Below, one piece after another: positions 8,530-18,361 of a DNA stretch of 64,000 nucleotides. The stretch is from assembly GCA_041481445.1 (NCBI GenBank), contig JBGPBV010000020.1, positions 288 to 64,287 on the forward strand, given 5' to 3'. This DNA comes from Vicinamibacteria bacterium (lineage in GTDB: Bacteria; Acidobacteriota; Vicinamibacteria; Fen-336). The notes under the pieces are model-generated. The model saw only the letters and a list, made by a program, of their open reading frames with translations. It ran no database searches and had not been told where the DNA came from. Position numbers and translations under genes: made by a program. The first letter of the stretch is position 1; each line of letters starts with the position of its first letter.

Positions 8530-10749
8530 ATGACTGACGTCATCATGCCCCAGATGGGGGAATCGATCGCCGAAGGCACCATCACCAAGTGGATGAAGAA
8601 GGTCGGCGATCGCGTGCAGCGCGACGAGCCGCTCTTCGAGATCTCGACGGACAAGGTCGACGCGGAGATCCCCGCCCCCGCCGCCGGGGTGCTGAAGGAG
8701 ATCCGGGTGGAGCCGGGGTCCACGGTGCCCATCAACACCGTGGTCGCGATCATCAGCGAGGGCGAGGCCGCGGCCGTGACCGTGACCCCGGGCGCCACCA
8801 CCGTATTCCCTGCCCTGAGCGCGCCGCCGCCCGCCGCCGCCGCCCCGCCGCCGAGCGCGCCGGGCACGGGTGCCGATTCCTCGGCGTCCCGGCCCGCCGC
8901 GTCCGCACCGGCCGCGCCGGCCTCCACGCCGTCGTCTACGCCGGCTCCGCCGCCGGCCGCCCCGCCGTCCAGCGCGTCCAGTCCGGCGAGTCCGCCCAGT
9001 CCCTGGCCGAGCCCTCCTCCCGCGGGCCCGGCCTCGAGCCCGTTGCCGCCGCCTTCGTCGTTCTCCATGACGGCGCCGATCGCCGCGCTACAGCCTCCCG
9101 CAGCCGCCCCACCCGCCGCGGCCCCGGCCCCCGCGCCCGCTCCGGAGAGGGCGCGGGCCGACATGACGGCGGAGGAGCTGCGGCAGACGCGATCCTCACC
9201 GGTGGTGCGCAAGATCGCGGCCGAGCACAACGTCGATATCCGGCAGGTGTCCGGCACTGGCATCGCCGGACGCGTCACCAAGCAGGACATCCTCGACTAC
9301 GTGGAGGGGCGGCCGGTATCGGGCGCGCCCGCGCCGCCGCCGGCGCCGCCACCTCCGGCGACGCCGCTGGCCTCTCCCTTGACCCTGCCGCCGACCATGG
9401 GACCGCTCGTGACTCCGGCACCGGCGCCATCGCCGGCGCCTGCACCTCCCGCGCCCCCGGCCACCGCCGCCCCGACGGCCACGCCGCCCTATCCGCCGGT
9501 GCCCGTGCCGCCGGCGCCGACACCGGCACCCGCGCCCGCGCCGGCCCCGAGCGCTCCCGTGGCGGCGCCGTCCGTGAGTGCACCGCCCGCCAGCACGGCG
9601 GCGCCGAACGTACCTCCGGCCAGCGCGCCTTCCGTTCCGGCGCCCGCCCCGGCGGCGAGCGCGCCTGCGCCGACGCCGTTCACGAGCCCCGCTCAGGCAC
9701 CGACGGCACCCTCGATCTCGGTGCCGCCGGGCGCGGCGGGCCCGCCGAGATCAGGCCCGGTGAGCCCACCGTCGGCTTCCGCGGCGACCCTGCGACCGGC
9801 GCCCTCGGCTCCGCCGGCAGCGCCGCCCGCATCGACGATACGGACTCCGTTTGCCCCGTCCGTTCCGTGGGTGCCGTCCGCGCCTCTGGTTCCGCCCTCG
9901 GCTCCGCCCGCTCCGCCGGTGGCCGCCGCCGCGCCGCCGACACTCATCTTGCCTGCGCTGGCGGTGCCCGCGGCCCCGGTCGCTCCCGCCCCCTCGGCTC
10001 CTGGACGGGAAGCCGCCCCGCCGGCGGCGCCGTTCGTCCCGCCCTTCCTCTCCGCCGAGCGGGTCGAGAGCGTGCGGATGACGCCCATCCGCAAGAAGAC
10101 GGCCGAGCACATGGTGATGTCGAAGCGCATCTCCGCGCACGTCACCACCGTCTCCCACGTCGACATGACGCGGGTGGCGCAGCTCCGCGACAAGTACCGG
10201 CCGGGCTACCAGGAGCGCGCCGGGATCAAGCTCACCTACATGCCGTTCATCGTGAAGGCCACCGTCGACGCCTTGAAGGCCTTCCCGATCCTCAACGCGG
10301 CGGTGGACGGGGACAACATCGTCTACAAGAAGGACCTCAACATCGGGATGGCGGTGGCGCTGGACTGGGGCCTGATCGTGCCCGTGCTGCGCAACGCGGA
10401 CGAGAAGAACGTGCTCGGCCTGGCCCGCGCCATCGGCGACCTGGCCGAGCGCGCGCGCGGCAAGAAGCTCAAGATCGACGAGATCCAGGGCGGCACGTTC
10501 ACGATCACCAACCCCGGCGTGTTCGGGAGCCTCTTCGGCACGCCCATCATCAACCAGCCCCAGGTGGGGATCCTCGGGGTGGGGACGATCGAGAAGCGGC
10601 CGATCGTGCGCGACGATGCGATCGCCATCCGGACCATGTGCTACTTCGCGCTCAGCTTCGACCACCGGATCGTCGACGGCGCCGACGCCGACCGCTTCAT
10701 GGCGCACCTCAAGAAGGGCCTCCAGGAGTTCGACGAATCGGCGCTCTAG
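8530..10749 (+). CDS. sucB: 2-oxoacid dehydrogenase E2 dihydrolipoamide acyltransferase (SucB/DlaT-like) with very long Pro/Ala linkers
   Basis: Lipoyl domain MPQMGESIAEGTI...ISTDKVD; E3-binding SPVVRKIAAEHNVD...GTGIAGRVTKQDI; catalytic GGTFTITNPG and SFDHRIVDG. Confidence 0.88.
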   Translation: MTDVIMPQMGESIAEGTITKWMKKVGDRVQRDEPLFEISTDKVDAEIPAPAAGVLKEIRVEPGSTVPINTVVAIISEGEAAAVTVTPGATTVFPALSAPPPAAAAPPPSAPGTGADSSASRPAASAPAAPASTPSSTPAPPPAAPPSSASSPASPPSPWPSPPPAGPASSPLPPPSSFSMTAPIAALQPPAAAPPAAAPAPAPAPERARADMTAEELRQTRSSPVVRKIAAEHNVDIRQVSGTGIAGRVTKQDILDYVEGRPVSGAPAPPPAPPPPATPLASPLTLPPTMGPLVTPAPAPSPAPAPPAPPATAAPTATPPYPPVPVPPAPTPAPAPAPAPSAPVAAPSVSAPPASTAAPNVPPASAPSVPAPAPAASAPAPTPFTSPAQAPTAPSISVPPGAAGPPRSGPVSPPSASAATLRPAPSAPPAAPPASTIRTPFAPSVPWVPSAPLVPPSAPPAPPVAAAAPPTLILPALAVPAAPVAPAPSAPGREAAPPAAPFVPPFLSAERVESVRMTPIRKKTAEHMVMSKRISAHVTTVSHVDMTRVAQLRDKYRPGYQERAGIKLTYMPFIVKATVDALKAFPILNAAVDGDNIVYKKDLNIGMAVALDWGLIVPVLRNADEKNVLGLARAIGDLAERARGKKLKIDEIQGGTFTITNPGVFGSLFGTPIINQPQVGILGVGTIEKRPIVRDDAIAIRTMCYFALSFDHRIVDGADADRFMAHLKKGLQEFDESAL

Positions 10750-10793
10750 TCGAAGCCGCGGGACCCGAGGCGTCCCCGTCCGCGCCGCGACCC

Positions 10794-11429
10794 CTGGAGG
10801 TCCGCCACCTCGGCCGCGTGCCCTACGGCCAGGGGCTGGAGATGCAGGCACGGCTGGTGTCCGACCGGCAGCAGGGCCGCCTCCCCGACACCCTCCTCCT
10901 CCTCGAGCACGACCCGGTGTTCACGCTGGGGCGCAACGCGCGCGCGGAGAACGTCCTCCTGTCCGCGGAGGCCCTGGCCGCGCGCGGGTTCGAGGTGTTC
11001 GAGACCGGCCGGGGCGGGGACGTCACCTACCACGGCCCGGGGCAGGTGGTCGGCTATCCCATCCTGGACCTCGCCCCCGACCGCTGCGACGTCCACCGCT
11101 ACGTGCGCGACCTCGAGGAGGTGATGATCCGGACCTGCGCCGACTACGGCCTCGAGGCCTCCCGCGTGGCCGGGATGACGGGGGCCTGGGTGGCGGACGA
11201 GAAGATCGGCGCCATCGGCGTGCGCATCGCGCGCTGGGTGACCTCGCACGGCTTCGCGCTCAACGTGACGACCGACCTCGCGCCCTTCGGGCTCATCGTG
11301 CCCTGCGGCATCCGCGGGCGCGGCGTCACCAGCCTGGAGCGGCGGCTGGGGCGCGCGGTGCCTTTGGCGGAAGTCGAGGAGCGCCTGGCCGCGCACCTGG
11401 CCGCGGTGCTCGGCCGCACGATCGTCTGA
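10794..11429 (+). CDS. lipB: Lipoyl(octanoyl) transferase LipB (start uncertain)
   Basis: LLLEHDPVFTLG, RGGDVTYHGPGQVVGYPI, KIGAIGV, SHGFALNV, IVPCGI. No ATG near the expected start; CTG 10794 or GTG 10818 are the options. Confidence 0.92.
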   Translation: MEVRHLGRVPYGQGLEMQARLVSDRQQGRLPDTLLLLEHDPVFTLGRNARAENVLLSAEALAARGFEVFETGRGGDVTYHGPGQVVGYPILDLAPDRCDVHRYVRDLEEVMIRTCADYGLEASRVAGMTGAWVADEKIGAIGVRIARWVTSHGFALNVTTDLAPFGLIVPCGIRGRGVTSLERRLGRAVPLAEVEERLAAHLAAVLGRTIV

Positions 11430-11505
11430 GGCTCTAGGGCCGCGCGGCGCCCAGCCGCGCGTCGGCGATGACGGCGACACGCGCCTCGTACGCGCGCCGG
11501 CGGCG

Positions 11506-12060
11506 TCAGTGGTTGGCGGTGTCGCGACGCAGCTTCAGGGTCAGCGTCACCGCCCCGATCCGCTTGTTCGCCTCCGACGAGACGGGCACGCTGACCTGGA
11601 TGGCGTAGGTGCCGCTGCTGGCGTCGAAGGCGGGCTCTTCCACGAACGCCTCCCGCCCCTCGAGATAGGTCCGCTGCCACTTCGCCTCGTCGCCCTGCCA
11701 GTAGTCGGAGGTCTCCGCGATGCTGCACACCAGCGTCCCCCGGTCGTTCATGACGAAGGCCTCGACCACGACGGGATCCGCCTTCACCAGGTCGCGCACG
11801 CGGTCGGAGCAGGGCGCCTTGACGATCACCTGCCGCCGGGGGTCGCGCTTGTTCGCGATCCAGGCGGCGTCCTTCTTGCGGATGTCGTCCGGCGTCTCGG
11901 TAAGGGCGTTGCTCGCGGCCACCGCGCGGTGGATGGCGGGATCGCGGGCGATCGACTGCGCGAGCCCCACCCGCGCGTACGCCGTCTCCTTCACGGTGGC
12001 CGCGGACGACCCCGCCGCCTGCATCGCCAGCGCCAGCATGACCGCGCCGACCACGAGCAT
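11506..12060 (-). CDS. Secreted stand-alone PDC/Cache sensor-domain protein
   Basis: Signal peptide; EAFVMNDRGTLV, TSDYWQGDEAKWQ, FDASSGTYAIQVSVPV, IGAVTLTL. Confidence 0.75.
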   Translation of the reverse strand: MLVVGAVMLALAMQAAGSSAATVKETAYARVGLAQSIARDPAIHRAVAASNALTETPDDIRKKDAAWIANKRDPRRQVIVKAPCSDRVRDLVKADPVVVEAFVMNDRGTLVCSIAETSDYWQGDEAKWQRTYLEGREAFVEEPAFDASSGTYAIQVSVPVSSEANKRIGAVTLTLKLRRDTANH

Positions 12061-12069
12061 TCTCCCCCC

Positions 12070-13088
12070 TCAGGCCTGGCCCCGCCGGCTCTCCGCGAAG
12101 AGCCGCGCGTTGCGCAGGGCCACCACCAGGAACTCGGCGATCGTCTCCCCCACCGCCACCGCGTCGAGGTCGAACGCCCCGGCGCGCTCGGTCTGGAAGT
12201 CGATCGCGCCCACCACCTCGCCACCGTCGAGCAGCGGGATCACCATCTCGGAATGCGTCCCCGGAACGTCGGGATGATAGTCGGGATCGCGCGAGACGTC
12301 GGCCACCACCTGGGGAGCGCGCTTGCGCAGCGCGCGGCCGATCACGCCCCCCGCCGGACCCTGGGCCCGTCCCGCGCTGCGGCGCCCGACGCCGGGCCGG
12401 CCCGCCCACCGGCCCACGAGCACGCCCTCGTCGTCGAGCACGACCACCGCCACGTACGTGTGGTTCATGCGGGCCTGGATCACCTCCGCCGCCTCCTGCA
12501 TGAGGCGCTCGGGATCCAGGATGGAGGCGATGCGGTGCGCGACCGAGCTCAGGAGCGCGATCTGCTCCGCGCGGTGCTGGCTCTTCTGCTCGGACCGGCG
12601 CAGGGCCTCGTTCGCGCGCTCCAACTCGCGCGCCTTCTCCACCGCCTGCGCCCCCTGGTCCTGGGTCTCCTGGAGGCGGCGATGTTTCTCCTCCTCGCTG
12701 GCCCGCAGCAGGGCCTGCAGCCGCCGTCCGGCCATCTCGGCCACGGCGAGCGCGGCTTCGCCGCCTCCGTCCGGCTCCGTGCCGGCGGCGGAGAGCGCGG
12801 CCAGGCAGCTGAGGTCGAGATGGGAGAGGGCCTGGGCACGCCACTGGAGGCTCGTCCCCGACCGGGCGCGGCGCGCCCCCTCGCGAGCCTCCTCCTCCAG
12901 CATCTCCTCCGCCTCACCCCGGGCCAGGCGCTCGAGGACGGAGTCGAGCTCTTGCGTGCACGACTCCCGCAGGTCGCCTCCGGCGGGGCTGGCCGCCTCT
13001 CCCAGCACGCGCAGCCAGGCCTCCAGGATGACCGCCCGGTGGGCCTGGAGGCGCGGCGCGGCCTTCTGCAGGGCGGAGGCCAGCGGCG

Positions 13089-13092
<4 letters not shown>
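12070..13092 (-). CDS. GAF-domain protein with helical N-terminal domain and no output domain
   Basis: GTGA overlap with the menG stop; coiled coil, then GVIGRAL...VADVSRDPDY...SEMVIPL...VGAIDFQ...AFD...ALRNARLF, then stop. Confidence 0.8.
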
Positions 13093-13838
<746 letters not shown>

Positions 13839-13917
13839 GCCGCCCGGCGCGCGGCAGCGGCGGCGCGCGGAGCCGCGCCATTCTAAGGCGTGCGCGCCCC
13901 CCTGTCTCGCCGCCGCC

Positions 13918-14781
13918 TCAGGACAGCCTCAGGGCGAGGACGGTGAACGCGAGGTAGCCGACGCTGATCCAGCCGTTGACGGCGAAGAAGGCGGCGTCGA
14001 CGCGGGAGAGGTCGAAGGCGGAGACGAGCGAGTGCTCGTACACGAGGAGGGCGGCCACCGCGGCCACGCCGAGGAGGTACACCGGGTGCAGCGGGACCAG
14101 CGCGTAGAGCGAGAAGAGGAGCGCCACCGCCGCCGCGTGCAGGGCGCGGGCGATCACGAGGGCCGGCCCCGGCCCGAGCCGCGCGGGCAGCGAGCGCAGG
14201 CCTTCACGGCGGTCGAAATCGACGTCCTGGCAGGCGTAGATGGTGTCGAACCCGGCCACCCAGAAGAGCACGGCCAGGCCGAGCACGACCGGGGCCCAGG
14301 CGAACCCGCCGCGCACGGCCAGCCAGGCCCCGACCGGCGCGATCGCGAGGGCGAGGCCGAGGACGACGTGCGAGAGCGAGGTGAAGCGCTTGGTGTACGA
14401 GTAGCCGAGCACGACGAGCAGGGCCACGGGCGAGAGGGCGAGGCACCGCGGGTTGAGCATGGCGGCGGCGCCCACGAGGGCGGCCGCGGAGAGAAGGACG
14501 AAGAGCCAGACCTCGCCGCGGGAGAGCAGCCCGCGCGGCAGCTCGCGTCCGGCCGTGCGCGGGTTCCGGGAGTCGAGGGCGTGGTCGGCGAGCCGGTTGA
14601 ACCCCATGGCCGCGCTCCGCGCCCCCACCATCGCCACCACGATCCACGGCAGCTCGCGCCAGGGGACGCGCCCGCCGGCGGCGATGGCGGCGGAGGCGAG
14701 CGCGAACGGGAGCGCGAAGACCGAGTGCGAGAACCTGATCATCCGGCCGTAGACGAGCGCGCGGGAGACGAGCGACTTCAT
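13918..14781 (-). CDS. mqnP: UbiA-like polyprenyltransferase of the futalosine pathway (MqnP)
   Basis: MIRFSHSVFALPFA, ARSAAMGFNRLADHALDSRNPRTAGRELP, YSYTKRFT, WVAGFDTIYACQDVDFD. Confidence 0.85.
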   Translation of the reverse strand: MKSLVSRALVYGRMIRFSHSVFALPFALASAAIAAGGRVPWRELPWIVVAMVGARSAAMGFNRLADHALDSRNPRTAGRELPRGLLSRGEVWLFVLLSAAALVGAAAMLNPRCLALSPVALLVVLGYSYTKRFTSLSHVVLGLALAIAPVGAWLAVRGGFAWAPVVLGLAVLFWVAGFDTIYACQDVDFDRREGLRSLPARLGPGPALVIARALHAAAVALLFSLYALVPLHPVYLLGVAAVAALLVYEHSLVSAFDLSRVDAAFFAVNGWISVGYLAFTVLALRLS

Positions 14782-15953
14782 GCGCGGACCCCGCGGAGGC
14801 GCGCCTCGCCGGAGAACAGGAAGCCGAAGGGATCGGACAGGGCGCGCGGGCCCTCCGCGAAGGCGAAGGCGGCTCGGGACCCGGCGCCGATCCAGCCCAG
14901 GTCGTCGAAGCCGAGCGCTTCCGCCCCGTGGCGGGTGGCGACCCGCAGGAGCCACTCCGGCTCCAGGCGCGGGAACGCGCGCCGCAGCGCGCGCACGTCC
15001 TCCCAGAGGTCGAGGCTGGGGGCGCTGGCCAGGCTGTCCGTGCCCACGCACAGGCGCACGCCGGCCTCGCGCAGCTCGGGGACGGGAGCGAGGCCGACGC
15101 CGAGGGCGAGGTTGCTGCGCGGGCACAGGACGACGGAGACGTGGCGCGCGGCCAGGAGGGCGCGGTCGCCCGCGTCCACCTGGACGCCGTGGGCGGCGAC
15201 GAGCCCCGGCCTCAGGATGCCCAGACCGTCCAGGTAACGGACGGGGCTGATCCCGGGCGGCTCGAACCGCACGTGGCCGAGCCCACGGCGGCCGAGGAAC
15301 GCGCTCCACTCCGCGTCGCCTCCCTCGAAGAACCGCCGCTCGTGAAGGGACTCCGCGAGATGGATGGCGGAGACGCCTCCCGCGCGCCCCATCGCGTCGA
15401 GGAGGGCGGGCGAGACCGAGAAGGGGGCGTGGGCGGCCAGCGACACCGCCACGCCGTCCGTCTCCAGCTCCGAAAGCCTCGCCTGCGCGCGCTCGACCAC
15501 GCGCGGCGCCGTCTCCGGGTCCCAGCCGATCAGCTCGAAGAAGACCCGGGCGCGGAGGGAGGAGCGCGCCAGGAGGTCCAGGTGCGGGAGCGCGTTCGAG
15601 ACGTCGCCCACGCCCGCCGTCCCCGTGCGCTCCAGCTCCTCGATGCCGGCGGCCGCGCGTGTGCGCACGGTCTCGGGCGCGTCCTCGCCCCGCGCGGCCA
15701 CGACGCGCTCGACCCAGTCCACGAACCCGCCCCCGGGCGGGATCCGGCCGGCCAGGTGCGACAGCTCGAGGTGGCAATGCGCGTTGACCAGCCCCGGCAC
15801 GAGCACGCCCGGACCGAGGTCACGCGCCTCGCCCGCGGGGGCCTGGGCGGCGGGTCCCACCCACTCCACGCGCCCGTCGCGCACGGCCACCGCCGCCTCG
15901 CGCAGGGGCGGGCGGTCCACCGGCGCCACCCATCCGGCACGGAGGACGATCAC
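14778..15953 (-). CDS. Metal-dependent amidohydrolase, probable aminofutalosine deaminase
   Basis: PGLVNAHCHLELS, AAHAPFSV, IHLAES, AHGVQ, LCPRSN, GTDSLAS; translationally coupled to mqnP. Confidence 0.75.
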   Translation of the reverse strand: MIVLRAGWVAPVDRPPLREAAVAVRDGRVEWVGPAAQAPAGEARDLGPGVLVPGLVNAHCHLELSHLAGRIPPGGGFVDWVERVVAARGEDAPETVRTRAAAGIEELERTGTAGVGDVSNALPHLDLLARSSLRARVFFELIGWDPETAPRVVERAQARLSELETDGVAVSLAAHAPFSVSPALLDAMGRAGGVSAIHLAESLHERRFFEGGDAEWSAFLGRRGLGHVRFEPPGISPVRYLDGLGILRPGLVAAHGVQVDAGDRALLAARHVSVVLCPRSNLALGVGLAPVPELREAGVRLCVGTDSLASAPSLDLWEDVRALRRAFPRLEPEWLLRVATRHGAEALGFDDLGWIGAGSRAAFAFAEGPRALSDPFGFLFSGEARLRGVRA

Positions 15954-15962
15954 CGCCCGAGT

Positions 15963-18053
15963 CTACTCGACGCGGACGGCCTGGAAGGCTTCGCTGATCC
16001 GTCCCGAGGCCGGGTCGCGCAGGCGGACGCGCAGCGTGTAGCTCCCGGCGGCGAGGTCGGCCGGCGTGAGGTTGAGGACGAAGCGGCGGAAGCCGTCCGT
16101 GCCCGCCACCGACCGCGCCACCTCCACGCGTCCGATGCGGACGGGCGCGCCGTCGGCGGACACGAGCTGGGGCTTGATCTCGAAGGAGGCGCCGGGGTCG
16201 TAGGAACGCCCACCGTCGTAGACGAGCAGGCACACGCGCTCGGTGCGGCCGTTGGCCATGGACGGGCGCACGCGGGGCGTGAACGGGTCGTCGCCCACGT
16301 GGAAGGGCGAGGGCGACGACGGCGAGCCCGCCCGCGGCGGGGCGTCGATGACGACCCACTGGGCGGGGTCGTCCATGAACAGGGGCGGGAACAGCATCAC
16401 CTCGGGGGCGTCGAAGCCGGGCAGGGTCAGGTCGAGCCAGGACGAGCCCATCCGGCCGGTGGTGGCCTCGCGGACGAGGACGCGCAGCGAATGGCGGCCC
16501 GAGGGCAGGACGAAGGAGCCGCGGCACTGGAGGCCGCGGCCGCGCAGCTTGTCGCCCACGCGGGCGGGATCGAGATTGGAGGCCACGGCCACGAAGTCCT
16601 CGACCGCCCCCTTCTCGTCGAGCGCGTAGGCGTAGAGCTCGAGGCCGATCGTGGTGGCGCCGAGCAGCGCCCGCGGGTCCACCTCCACCACGAACGGGAG
16701 CACGGCCGTTCCCGCCTCCGTCTTGTAGGGGAGGGCGAGCACGCGCACGGGCAGCTCCGACTCCGCCATGCCCTTGGCCACGACCTCCGCCGCCTCGAAG
16801 CGGCGGCCGAGCGCGGTGCGGTCGTGCTCGGCCCCCCGCTCGAAGTAGCCGGCGCGATGGGACACGGAGACGTCGCGCATCTTCGCCCTCACGCGCAGCT
16901 TGTGGAACTTGCCCTCCCCGCGAGTGGCCGCGGGCTCGAAGGCCACCAGGTAGTAGCGCCGGCTCATCTCCGCGATCTCGCGCAGGGCCACCCCGAGGTC
17001 GTTCGTGTCCTTGAACAGCCGGCCGCCGGAGAGGTTCGCAATCTCGGCCAGCGACTCCTGGCCGGAGTGACGGATGGGCTCGCCCGGGCCCTGGGAGGCG
17101 TCGCCGCGGGCGGAGAGGCCCGAGAGGTCGACCGCGTGCACCACCGCGTCGGAGGCGGAGAAGGCGCGGAGCGTGCGCGTCATCTCCTCGCGCAGCCCGG
17201 TGTCGCCGAACCGGTTCTCGCTCTGCACCTCCCACAGCCGGCCGCGCACGACCGCGTCGGAGTCCTGGAGGGCCTGGGCCGTGTTCTGCGCGCCGAGGGC
17301 GGACTCCTCGAAGCCGGTGGAGAGGAACACGACCTGCTTGCGGCCCTGCACGGCCTGGAGCGCGCTGGCGAGCTGGCCGAGGCCGTCGAACAGGGCGAGC
17401 ACGCGCTGGCGGTACACGGCCTGCTGCGTCCGCTCGAAGCGGATCTGCACCGCGCGCATGGCGTCCGCCACCGCGTTGCCGGTCTCTTCGGCCACGGTGT
17501 CCGGCATGGCCGCGCCCACCTCGCGCAGGTCGTAGGCGAGGCCGAGCGGGTCCGCGCGCCGGTCGAGCTGGAGGACGCCGAGGGTCTCCACGGCGCGCCG
17601 GAGCTGCGCCTGGTCCGAGGTGAAGGCCAGGAGGAGCCGCACGCCGTGGTTGGCGGAGAAGGTGGCGACGGAGGCGAGGTCGGAGGGAGCGAGGGAGGCG
17701 ATGAACTCGATGGCGGCCTTCCGCGAGCGCACGAGGCCGTTGACGCTCGAGAACGAGAGGTCGAACAGGAGCAGGAACTGGCGGCGGGCGGCGGGCGAGT
17801 CGCGGGTCTGCTCGGGCAGGAGCTCGGCCGCGTCGATCTCGCGCAAGCCCACCAGCTTCACCGGCCGGCCGTCGTCGGTGACCTCGAAGTCGTCGGCGCC
17901 GAGCCCGGTGACGGCCCGGCCCTGCCGGTCGGTGACGAACACGGGCACCGTGACGACCGTGATCGCGGCGCTGAACTCCGGAGGCGCCGGTGGCGTCGCG
18001 GCAAGCGCGGATGCCGTCGCGGCGAGAACGGCGACGGCAACCAGCGTCCGCAT
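15963..18053 (-). CDS. Secreted VWA-domain protein (acidobacterial VWFA-related) with C-terminal Ig-like domains
   Basis: Signal peptide; VVTVPVFVTDRQGRAVTGLGADDFEVTDDG; MIDAS DLSFS; GRKQVVFLSTGF; YYLVAFEP...GKFHKLRVR...HRAGYF. Confidence 0.85.
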   Translation of the reverse strand: MRTLVAVAVLAATASALAATPPAPPEFSAAITVVTVPVFVTDRQGRAVTGLGADDFEVTDDGRPVKLVGLREIDAAELLPEQTRDSPAARRQFLLLFDLSFSSVNGLVRSRKAAIEFIASLAPSDLASVATFSANHGVRLLLAFTSDQAQLRRAVETLGVLQLDRRADPLGLAYDLREVGAAMPDTVAEETGNAVADAMRAVQIRFERTQQAVYRQRVLALFDGLGQLASALQAVQGRKQVVFLSTGFEESALGAQNTAQALQDSDAVVRGRLWEVQSENRFGDTGLREEMTRTLRAFSASDAVVHAVDLSGLSARGDASQGPGEPIRHSGQESLAEIANLSGGRLFKDTNDLGVALREIAEMSRRYYLVAFEPAATRGEGKFHKLRVRAKMRDVSVSHRAGYFERGAEHDRTALGRRFEAAEVVAKGMAESELPVRVLALPYKTEAGTAVLPFVVEVDPRALLGATTIGLELYAYALDEKGAVEDFVAVASNLDPARVGDKLRGRGLQCRGSFVLPSGRHSLRVLVREATTGRMGSSWLDLTLPGFDAPEVMLFPPLFMDDPAQWVVIDAPPRAGSPSSPSPFHVGDDPFTPRVRPSMANGRTERVCLLVYDGGRSYDPGASFEIKPQLVSADGAPVRIGRVEVARSVAGTDGFRRFVLNLTPADLAAGSYTLRVRLRDPASGRISEAFQAVRVE

Positions 18054-18140
18054 GATTCCGACCTCGGAAGACCTGAGTGTAGTGGGTCCTCGACGAGGCA
18101 GTAAAGCGCGATCTGGAAAGGAGATCTCCAGCCTGGCCGG

Positions 18141-18156
18141 ATCCAACATGTTGGAT
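18141..18156. promoter_or_regulatory. Perfect 16-bp palindrome ATCCAACATGTTGGAT (candidate activator site)
   Basis: Exact inverted repeat in an AT-richer divergent intergenic region, about 120 bp upstream of a -24/-12 motif. Confidence 0.55.
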
Positions 18157-18234
18157 TTGGCGCCGTGCTGTCCATTTGCATGGACTGAAGTGAAGGCCGA
18201 AATCCGATAGCGCTCAGACAAAACTAATCAACGC

Positions 18235-18247
18235 TATCAATCATTTA
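18235..18247 (+). promoter_or_regulatory. IHF-like binding site
   Basis: TATCAATCATTTA matches WATCAANNNNTTR exactly, with an A-rich tract upstream. Confidence 0.55.
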
Positions 18248-18275
18248 CGCCGACCAAAGGGCCCAGAAATCGGTG

Positions 18276-18291
18276 TGGCCTGAGTCTTGCG
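18276..18291 (+). promoter_or_regulatory. Sigma-54 (-24/-12) promoter of the TonB-dependent receptor
   Basis: TGGCCTGAGTCTTGCG gives GG-N10-GC and is close to the consensus TGGCACN5TTGC. Confidence 0.65.
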
Positions 18292-18361
18292 AGTTGCGAG
18301 CAGACTCTTTCCGTCCTGAAAAATGAACCAGACTGGCTTCTCGCAGGAGGTCCAAGCGGAT

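Noticed and set aside
8763-10060. Possible tandem repeat or CRISPR-like array in the repetitive GC-rich stretch
   Set aside because: No constant repeat/spacer unit; it is in-frame coding sequence for Pro/Ala linkers.
5350-10749. 1799-aa ORF and other very long ORFs (e.g. 14928-18104 +, 26472-30797 -, 49080-52613 -, 60335-63772 -)
   Set aside because: Shadow frames typical of high-GC DNA, overlapping motif-supported genes. Only 8530-10749 of the first one is a real gene.
11430-11505. Hairpin between convergent lipB and the Cache-protein gene
   Set aside because: No U-tract on either strand, and such GC stems arise by chance at this composition.
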